Assembly: GCA_965221525.1 (NCBI GenBank)
Contig: CBDCSG010000008.1
Coordinates: forward strand, 852,575 to 916,574
Source of the DNA: Acidimicrobiales bacterium
GTDB taxonomy: Bacteria > Actinomycetota > Acidimicrobiia > Acidimicrobiales > CATQHL01
Direction: 5' to 3'
Length of the DNA stretch: 64,000 nt
The number at the start of each line of letters is the position of its first letter. The first letter of the stretch is position 1. This document shows positions 57,390 through 64,000 of this stretch, in pieces. Under the pieces are notes generated by a model that was given only the letters and a program-made list of their open reading frames with translations, was not told the DNA's origin and ran no database searches. The translations under genes and the position numbers were made by a program.

Positions 57390-58595
57390 GTGACGGTGGA
57401 ATCGCGGATCAGCGACTGGGTCATCCAGCGCGTGGTGCGTCGAGTCATGGGTCCGCTGGTTCCGGTGGCGGCGACGATCGCGGCGCTGCTCGTCGGCGCC
57501 GCCATGGTGTGGGGGTTCGGGGGCGATCCCGTGGAGGGCTACCGCGCCATGTTCAGCGGCGCCTTCGGGGGGATCAGCGAGTTCGCGGACACAACCGTCA
57601 AGGCGACGCCGCTGCTGCTCGTGGGGGTGGGCATCTGCATCGCCTTCCGGGCCTCGGTCATCAACATCGGCGGCGAGGGGCAGATCATCGCCGGGGCGCT
57701 GCTGTCCACCGTCGTCGTGCTGGCGCTGCCCGGCCTGGACCGCTGGCTGCTGCTGCCGGTGGCGCTGATCGCCGGAGCGGTCGGCGGCGCCTGCATGGGC
57801 TTCATCCCCGGGGTGTTGAAGGCCTATGCCAACGTGAACGAGATCCTCTCCACGATCATGCTCAACATCGTGGCGGGGTACATGATGCAGTACCTGCTGC
57901 TGGGGCCGATGATCGACAAGGCGGCCGTGGAGGCCGGCAACCACATCGCCCAGACGAAGCGCCTGTCGGAGAATGCGGACCTCCCGATCCTGTTGGGGGA
58001 CACGCAGATGAACCTCGGCATCGTGGTCGGGGTGGCGGTGGCGATCGCCGTGTACTTCCTGCTGTGGCGCACCTCGCTCGGCTACGAGATCCGGGCCGTC
58101 GGGGGCAGCAAGGACGCCTCCCGCTATGCCGGTATGAAGGTGGAGCGCAGGATCGTGCAGGCGATGACGCTCAGCGGGATGATGTCGGGTCTGGGTGGTG
58201 CGGTGCTGGTGTTCTCCTCGGTCGCCCACCGGCTCAGCGTCGAGAGCGGCCCGGCGGGGTTCACGCAGCTGGCCGGCTTCAACGGCATCGTGGCGGCGCT
58301 GTTCGGGGGGCTGCACCCGCTCTGGACGATCCCCGCTGCCATCCTCTTCGGCGGACTGCTCGTGGGGGCGAACGCCCTGCAGCGGGCCGTGCAGGTGGCG
58401 ACGCCGCTGGTCGTGGCGCTCAGCGGCCTTGTGGTGGTGTTCGTGGTCAGCAGCGACCGGGCGGTCCGCTGGGCGCGCCACCTGGGTGAGCGGCTCGACA
58501 TCGGCGCAGCCTCGGAGGATGACCGCAGCGGGAACGCCGCCACCGCTGCGGCGGACGCTCCCGCGGCGCCGTCCGGCGAGGGAGCCGAGCCATGA
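57390..58595 (+). CDS. Nucleoside/sugar (CUT2) ABC transporter permease 1
   Basis: KATPLLLVG, INIGGEGQ, VNEILSTIMLN, GYEIRAVG, GFNGIVAALFG; start uncertain. Confidence 0.9.
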   Translation: MTVESRISDWVIQRVVRRVMGPLVPVAATIAALLVGAAMVWGFGGDPVEGYRAMFSGAFGGISEFADTTVKATPLLLVGVGICIAFRASVINIGGEGQIIAGALLSTVVVLALPGLDRWLLLPVALIAGAVGGACMGFIPGVLKAYANVNEILSTIMLNIVAGYMMQYLLLGPMIDKAAVEAGNHIAQTKRLSENADLPILLGDTQMNLGIVVGVAVAIAVYFLLWRTSLGYEIRAVGGSKDASRYAGMKVERRIVQAMTLSGMMSGLGGAVLVFSSVAHRLSVESGPAGFTQLAGFNGIVAALFGGLHPLWTIPAAILFGGLLVGANALQRAVQVATPLVVALSGLVVVFVVSSDRAVRWARHLGERLDIGAASEDDRSGNAATAAADAPAAPSGEGAEP

Positions 58596-59602
58596 TCGCG
58601 GGTCTCGCCTCCCTCGACCTTGCCACCGTGGAGGTGTTCGCCCAGGCCCGCAGCGGCTGGAGCGGCTTCTTCACCCTGGCCACGCTCGTGGCGACCGTGG
58701 CCGCCGCCATACGCCTTGCCACGCCGTACCTCATTGCGGCGGTCGGCGAGAGCGTCGGCCAGCGCAGCGGTGTGCTCAACCTCGGTGTCGACGGCGTGAT
58801 GCTGCTGGGCGCGTTCGGCGCCTACTACACCACGGTGCAGACCGGCCAGCCGTGGTACGGGATGCTGGTGGGCCTCGGCATCGGCATGGCCATGGGGCTG
58901 GTGTACGCCTTCATCACCGTGACGCTCCACGCCGAGCAGGGCATCAGCGGCATCGGCATCTACCTCTTCGGGCTGGGGTTCAGCGACCTGCTGTTCCGCC
59001 AACTCGTAGGCACGCCGCGCCCCATCCTCGGATTCGACGGCGTGTTCGACTTCACACTGCCCGAGGGCCGCCTCAAGATCGCCTACCCGGACCTGTACAA
59101 CCACAGCCTGATCATCTACCTGGCGTTCCTGCTGGTGCCTGCGGTGACCCTGCTCGTCAACCGCACCACCTTCGGGCTGAACATCCGGGCGGTCGGCGAG
59201 ACGCCCCAGGCTGCGGACAGCCTCGGCGTGAGCGTGGCCCGCACGCGCTACGGCACGATCCTCATCGGCAACACGCTCGCCGGCGCGGCGGGCGCCGTGC
59301 TGGCGCTCGAGAAGGGCATCTTCATCCAGAACATGACGAACGGCATGGGCTTCATCGCGGTGGCGCTGGTCTACTTCGGGGCATGGCGACCGCTGGGCGT
59401 GCTGGCCGGGTCGCTGCTGTTCAGCCTGGTCACCGCGGCCGTGCTGCAGTGGAAGACTCTGGGCATCCTCAGCGGTGCGGCTGCACAGCTCACCGAAATG
59501 GCACCGGCTGCAGTGACGATCATCGCCCTGGTGGTCGTCACACACCGCATCGGAGCCCCCAGAGCACTCACGCGACCATTCCGGCGCGGCGCCGAGCACT
59601 AG
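58592..59602 (+). CDS. Nucleoside/sugar (CUT2) ABC transporter permease 2
   Basis: QRSGVLNLGVDG, GLNIRAVGETP, GMGFIAVALVYFG, PRALTRPF. Confidence 0.92.
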   Translation: MIAGLASLDLATVEVFAQARSGWSGFFTLATLVATVAAAIRLATPYLIAAVGESVGQRSGVLNLGVDGVMLLGAFGAYYTTVQTGQPWYGMLVGLGIGMAMGLVYAFITVTLHAEQGISGIGIYLFGLGFSDLLFRQLVGTPRPILGFDGVFDFTLPEGRLKIAYPDLYNHSLIIYLAFLLVPAVTLLVNRTTFGLNIRAVGETPQAADSLGVSVARTRYGTILIGNTLAGAAGAVLALEKGIFIQNMTNGMGFIAVALVYFGAWRPLGVLAGSLLFSLVTAAVLQWKTLGILSGAAAQLTEMAPAAVTIIALVVVTHRIGAPRALTRPFRRGAEH

Positions 59603-59742
59603 CGGGTCGCGTGGTCGCCGAAGCCCTGAAACGACCAGATTGCCAAGAGCAAACAATTTGTAAAAGTGACAGGGAGTTTTGGCGTAGTCTCTGGCAATCC
59701 GGCCGTTGCCTGCCGGGTCCGCATCGAACGACAAAGGGGTCA

Positions 59743-61767
59743 ATGATGAGAATGTCGACAAGACGCGCCAAGTCCTCCGGACTGCTCGCGGCGCTGCTGG
59801 CGATCGTGCTGCTGACGGCGGCCTGCGCCGGCGACGACACCGAGGCGGTCAGCGAGGCGCCGACACCGGCGCCGACGCCGCCGGCAGAGACAGAGGCACC
59901 GGCGACCGACGAGGCGCCGGCAACCGACGAGGCACCGCCCCCACCGCCGCCGGCTGAGCCGTCGGGGCCGTTGCGGGTGGCGATTGTGGCGCCGTCGGCG
60001 TCGAATGACTTGGCGTTCACGCAGAGCATCGTGGATGGTGTCGCGGCGCTGGGTGAGACGCGCGAGTTGGAGGTGGAGATCACCGACGGGACCTTCATCG
60101 TGGAGGATGCCGCGGTGGCGATCCGGGAGTACGCGGAGGCCGGGTTCGATCTGGTGATCGCGCACGGTTCGCAGTACGGCGGGTCGTTGCAGGAGATCGC
60201 CCAGGACTTCCCGGACACGTCGTTCGCGTGGGGTACGTCGAACGACACGTTCGGTTTGGCGAATGTGTTCGCGTATACGGCCGCGTCGGATCAGGGCGGT
60301 TATGTGCTCGGGTCGATGGCGGCGGCGTTGACCGACACGGGTGTGATCGGCGTTGTGGGGCCCATCGAGGTGGGTGACGCGAAGCTGTTCGTGGACGGTT
60401 TCGTGTCCGGCGCGGGCGCCCAGGATGCCTCCGTGGACGTGAACGTGGTGTACACGGAGTCCTTCAGTGATGTGGCCAAGGCGGCGGAGACCGCCGAGGC
60501 GCACGTGTCGCAGGGCGCGGACGTGATGACCGGCACGGCGCAGATGGTCGTGGGTGCTGTGGGTGTCGCGCAGCGTGAGGGCGCGGCGTGGTTCGCCACG
60601 CAGGCCGATCAGACGGAGTTGGCGCCGGAGATCGTGGTGGCCTCCCAGGTCTATGAGTGGGAGGTCATCCTGGCGGATATCGCCGCGGCGATCGATCGGG
60701 GCGTCAAGGGCGGCGAGTCGTTCACGCTCACGCTGGCCAACGGCGGTCTGAACATTGCCTTCAACGACGGTTACGGCCTGGATGCGGCGATCCGCCAGAT
60801 CGGCGAGGCCACCGTCGCCGGCATCGTCGACGGCAGCATCGACACCATGGGCGGCCCGACTGCCGACGGTATCGACACCCCGTTGCGGGTGGCGATTGTG
60901 GCGCCGTCGGCGTCGAATGACTTGGCGTTCACGCAGAGCATCGTGGATGGTGTCGCGGCGCTGGGTGAGACGCGCGAGTTGGAGGTGGAGATCACCGACG
61001 GGACCTTCATCGTGGAGGATGCCGCGGTGGCGATCCGGGAGTACGCGGAGGCCGGGTTCGATCTGGTGATCGCGCACGGTTCGCAGTACGGCGGGTCGTT
61101 GCAGGAGATCGCCCAGGACTTCCCGGACACGTCGTTCGCGTGGGGTACGTCGAACGACACGTTCGGTTTGGCGAATGTGTTCGCGTATACGGCCGCGTCG
61201 GATCAGGGCGGTTATGTGCTCGGGTCGATGGCGGCGGCGTTGACCGACACGGGTGTGATCGGCGTTGTGGGGCCCATCGAGGTGGGTGACGCGAAGCTGT
61301 TCGTGGACGGTTTCGTGTCCGGCGCGGGCGCCCAGGATGCCTCCGTGGACGTGAACGTGGTGTACACGGAGTCCTTCAGTGATGTGGCCAAGGCGGCGGA
61401 GACCGCCGAGGCGCACGTGTCGCAGGGCGCGGACGTGATGACCGGCACGGCGCAGATGGTCGTGGGTGCTGTGGGTGTCGCGCAGCGTGAGGGCGCGGCG
61501 TGGTTCGCCACGCAGGCCGATCAGACGGAGTTGGCGCCGGAGATCGTGGTGGCCTCCCAGGTCTATGAGTGGGAGGTCATCCTGGCGGATATCGCAGCGG
61601 CGATCGATCGGGGCGTCAAGGGCGGCGAGTCGTTCACGCTCACGCTGGCCAACGGCGGTCTGAACATTGCCTTCAACGACGGTTACGGCCTGGATGCGGC
61701 GATCCGCCAGATCGGCGAGGCCACCGTCGCCGGCATCGTCGACGGCAGCATCGACACCGGTTCCTAG
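59743..61767 (+). CDS. BMP-family (PnrA/TmpC-like) ABC substrate-binding lipoprotein with two identical binding modules
   Basis: Lipobox TAAC; DLAFTQS, DLVIAHGSQYG, GVIGVVG motifs occur twice; ATG options at 59743, 59746 and 59752. Confidence 0.92.
   Translation: MMRMSTRRAKSSGLLAALLAIVLLTAACAGDDTEAVSEAPTPAPTPPAETEAPATDEAPATDEAPPPPPPAEPSGPLRVAIVAPSASNDLAFTQSIVDGVAALGETRELEVEITDGTFIVEDAAVAIREYAEAGFDLVIAHGSQYGGSLQEIAQDFPDTSFAWGTSNDTFGLANVFAYTAASDQGGYVLGSMAAALTDTGVIGVVGPIEVGDAKLFVDGFVSGAGAQDASVDVNVVYTESFSDVAKAAETAEAHVSQGADVMTGTAQMVVGAVGVAQREGAAWFATQADQTELAPEIVVASQVYEWEVILADIAAAIDRGVKGGESFTLTLANGGLNIAFNDGYGLDAAIRQIGEATVAGIVDGSIDTMGGPTADGIDTPLRVAIVAPSASNDLAFTQSIVDGVAALGETRELEVEITDGTFIVEDAAVAIREYAEAGFDLVIAHGSQYGGSLQEIAQDFPDTSFAWGTSNDTFGLANVFAYTAASDQGGYVLGSMAAALTDTGVIGVVGPIEVGDAKLFVDGFVSGAGAQDASVDVNVVYTESFSDVAKAAETAEAHVSQGADVMTGTAQMVVGAVGVAQREGAAWFATQADQTELAPEIVVASQVYEWEVILADIAAAIDRGVKGGESFTLTLANGGLNIAFNDGYGLDAAIRQIGEATVAGIVDGSIDTGS
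59968..61758 (+). repeat. Direct repeat 2 x 879 bp (59968-60846 and 60880-61758), period 912 bp
   Basis: Copies identical by eye except one synonymous change (GCC at 60682-60684 vs GCA at 61594-61596). Confidence 0.95.
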
Positions 61768-61776
61768 GAACGAACA

Positions 61777-61823
61777 GCGGGAGCCACCTCGCGGGCCACG
61801 CCGGTCCGCGAGGTGGCTCCCGC
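61777..61823 (+). other. Strong intercistronic hairpin after the BMP gene
   Basis: GCGGGAGCCACCTCGCGG-N11-CCGCGAGGTGGCTCCCGC, perfect 18-bp stem, no U-tract. Confidence 0.85.
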
Positions 61824-61883
61824 CGAACTCGACGAGCAACCCACGACAGTCAGGAACCCCGCGATGACGGAGCGAACCTGCAG

Positions 61884-63407
61884 ATGAGCGCCGCTCCGCC
61901 GCTCCTGGAGATGCGCGGGATCACGAAGCGGTTCCCGGGCGTGCTGGCCAACGACAGCGTCGACTTCAACCTCGAGGCCGGCGAGGTGCACACGCTGCTG
62001 GGGGAGAACGGAGCGGGCAAGAGCACGCTCATGAAGATCCTCTACGGCATGTACCGTCCCGACGCCGGCGAGGTTCTGCTGCGCGGGCGGCGCGTGACCG
62101 TGGACTCCCCGTCGGCGGCCATCGAGCACGGCATCGGCATGATCCACCAGCACTTCATGCTCGTGCCCACCCTCACGGTCACCGAGAACGTGGCGCTGGG
62201 GCTGCAGTCTCGCCGGCGTCCCCTGACGGACCTGCCAACGGTGGCGGATCGGATCCGGGAGCTCTCCGAGACCTACGGGCTGCAGGTCGACCCCGACGCC
62301 CTCATCTGGCAACTCGCCGTCGGGGAGCGTCAGCGTGTCGAGATCCTCAAGGCGCTCTACCGCGAGGCGTCGATCCTGGTGATGGACGAGCCCACGGCCG
62401 TGCTGACCCCCCAGGAGGTCGACGAGTTGATCGTGGTGCTGCGGCGCATGGTCGCCGACGGCCGCGGGCTGGTATTCATCTCCCACAAGCTGCACGAGGT
62501 GATGGCGGTGTCCGACCGCATCACGGTGCTGCGCGACGGCCGCGTCACCGGCGAGACGACGCCGGCGAACACCGATCGGGCCGAACTGGCCCGGATGATG
62601 GTCGGCCGGCCGGTGCAGATGGTGCCGGACCGCCCGGACGTGGAGATCGGCGCTCCACTGCTGCAGGTGAGCGACCTGCACGTGTTGAGTGACCGTGGAG
62701 ACGAGGCCGTGTCGGGCATTTCCTTCGCCGTGGCCGCCGGCGAGATCCTGGGACTCGCCGGGGTGTCGGGGAACGGCCAGTCCGAGTTGGCGCAGGCGAT
62801 CGCCGGCCTGCGCCCCACCGAGTCGGGCGGCATCCGGGTCGATGGAGCGGACGTGACCGGCGACCACCCCAGGCGGGTGCGCGACGCGGGGATGTCCTAC
62901 GTGCCCGAGGAACGCATGCGCGACGGTGTCATCGGGATGTTCTCCGTGGCGGAGAACCTCGTCCTGCTGAACCAGGGCACGGAGTTCAGCCGCCGCGGGT
63001 TCCTGCGCCTCGGAGCCATCCGGGAGCACTGCGAGGAGCTGGTCGAGCGGTTCGCCGTGAAGACGCCCGGACTCGATGTGCCGACATCGAATCTCTCCGG
63101 CGGCAATATCCAGAAGCTGATCCTCGCTCGGGAGCTGTCCGCCGAGCCGAAGGTGATCCTTGCGGCGCAGCCCACACGCGGCGTCGACGTGGGCGCGGCG
63201 GAGTACATCCATGCCCAGTTGGTGGCACAGAAGGCCTCCGGATGCGCCACGCTGCTGATCTCCGAAGACCTCGATGAGGTCCTGGCGCTCTCGGATCGCA
63301 TTGGCGTCATGTACGAGGGTCGCTTGATGGGTGTCCTCGACCGCTCCGAGGCGACGATCGAACGTCTGGGACTCTGGATGGCCGGAGTCGCGGAGGGTGC
63401 CGCCTGA
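61884..63407 (+). CDS. CUT2 ABC transporter ATP-binding protein (two ABC domains)
   Basis: LLGENGAGKSTL, DEPTAVL, FISHKL, LSGGNIQK, QPTRGVDVGA. Confidence 0.95.
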   Translation: MSAAPPLLEMRGITKRFPGVLANDSVDFNLEAGEVHTLLGENGAGKSTLMKILYGMYRPDAGEVLLRGRRVTVDSPSAAIEHGIGMIHQHFMLVPTLTVTENVALGLQSRRRPLTDLPTVADRIRELSETYGLQVDPDALIWQLAVGERQRVEILKALYREASILVMDEPTAVLTPQEVDELIVVLRRMVADGRGLVFISHKLHEVMAVSDRITVLRDGRVTGETTPANTDRAELARMMVGRPVQMVPDRPDVEIGAPLLQVSDLHVLSDRGDEAVSGISFAVAAGEILGLAGVSGNGQSELAQAIAGLRPTESGGIRVDGADVTGDHPRRVRDAGMSYVPEERMRDGVIGMFSVAENLVLLNQGTEFSRRGFLRLGAIREHCEELVERFAVKTPGLDVPTSNLSGGNIQKLILARELSAEPKVILAAQPTRGVDVGAAEYIHAQLVAQKASGCATLLISEDLDEVLALSDRIGVMYEGRLMGVLDRSEATIERLGLWMAGVAEGAA

Positions 63408-63418
63408 TTCGCGGTGGC

Positions 63419-63865
63419 CTACCCCGGAGTCTTGCCGACGTCCGGGGCGGGTTGCTCCATGGCGTTGATGTAGTTGTAGATGGTGATCCGGCTCACGCCC
63501 ATTGCCGCGGCGACGTCCTCCACCCCTTTGCGCAGCAGGAACGCCCCTCGTTCGTTCAGCAGCCGGACGGCCGCCTGCTTGCCGGTCCGGGTCAGTTCCG
63601 CCAGCGAGTCGCCCAATTCGCGTTCGACCGATCCGATGAGCCTGCCGAGGGCGCCGTCCAGCCCGCCCAGGCGCAACACGCCGACAATCTCACCTTCGAA
63701 GTCGAGGGGGATGTCGCCGGGCGTGCGTTCCGACGGCGGCAGCAATTCCCCGCCCACGGCCACAGCGACCGGCTGGAGCAACCGCCAGACCGGGTGATCG
63801 GAGTGGTTCGCGGGGGTCGCCTGCTCGCCGAGGTCCTCGGGCTTCGCGGAGTCCTCCCCGCTCAT
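63419..63865 (-). CDS. YheO/DauR-type C-terminal HTH domain regulator
   Basis: KQAAVRLLNERGAFLLRKGVEDVAAAMGVSRITIYNYIN. Confidence 0.85.
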   Translation of the reverse strand: MSGEDSAKPEDLGEQATPANHSDHPVWRLLQPVAVAVGGELLPPSERTPGDIPLDFEGEIVGVLRLGGLDGALGRLIGSVERELGDSLAELTRTGKQAAVRLLNERGAFLLRKGVEDVAAAMGVSRITIYNYINAMEQPAPDVGKTPG

Positions 63866-63999
63866 ACGGCGTCCGCTTCGGCGGCCGCCGGGCCGTGGTG
63901 GTCACGCTCCAGACGCAGCACGATCCGGGTGGCCCCCGCCCTCAGCGCTTCGCGAACCATGGCCGACGTCGCCTCCGCCGCCCCGTCTATGTCTCCGCT
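63862..63999 (-). CDS. 3' end of a small protein (thiamine-binding/ferredoxin-like fold suspected), truncated by window
   Basis: ..SGDIDGAAEATSAMVREALRAGATRIVLRLERDHHGPAAAEADAV*, ATGA overlap with the HTH gene. Confidence 0.55.
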   Translation of the reverse strand, partial: SGDIDGAAEATSAMVREALRAGATRIVLRLERDHHGPAAAEADAV

Positions 64000-64000
64000 C

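Noticed and set aside
58195-59742. 1190-aa permease-BMP fusion suggested by the ORF track
   Set aside because: The upstream part overlaps the permease genes in another frame; the real BMP starts at the signal peptide near 59743.
59603-59742. Purine riboswitch upstream of the BMP gene
   Set aside because: No recognisable purine-riboswitch core; it looks more like a promoter/operator.

Overview
High-GC actinobacterial window, most consistent with Acidimicrobiia (inferred from gene content and order, not from a search). Most of it is core genome: recG end-rsmD-coaD-yceD-rpmF-plsX-acpP-rnc-fpg-like-smc, a two-component system plus HtrA, ftsY-ffh-rpsP-khpA-rimM-trmD-rplS-yraN, tRNA-Pro(GGG), a pgsA-gcvH-MerR-BFN-MerR cluster, tRNA-Ala(GGC), leuS, comEA-comEC-folP2-holA-rpsT-lepA-hrcA-dnaJ, citrate synthase and a nucleoside-type ABC transporter. 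The main hidden feature is a tandem pair of thioredoxin-fold (TlpA/redoxin-like) lipoproteins on the minus strand (27913-29190 and 29245-29895) that the ORF track splits at an in-frame TGA. In both, the TGA occupies the first position of a WAPH-U-PVC redox motif and is followed by a conserved SECIS-like hairpin, so they are probably surface-exposed selenoproteins, one on a long Ala/Glu helical stalk. They lie directly downstream of an ECF sigma factor and anti-sigma-like gene pair. Other oddities: an Fpg homologue lacking its catalytic Pro, Lys and zinc ligands; a divergent HPRT plus a PD-(D/E)xK-like small protein in the gcvH-MerR cluster; a membrane pseudokinase with an ECF-type promoter; a BMP binding protein with an 879-bp near-perfect internal duplication; a 15-bp x10 VNTR in rnc; a G7-tract frameshift in a DUF1330 gene; and many apparently leaderless GTG starts. 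All calls come from reading the sequence only; no database searches were run.
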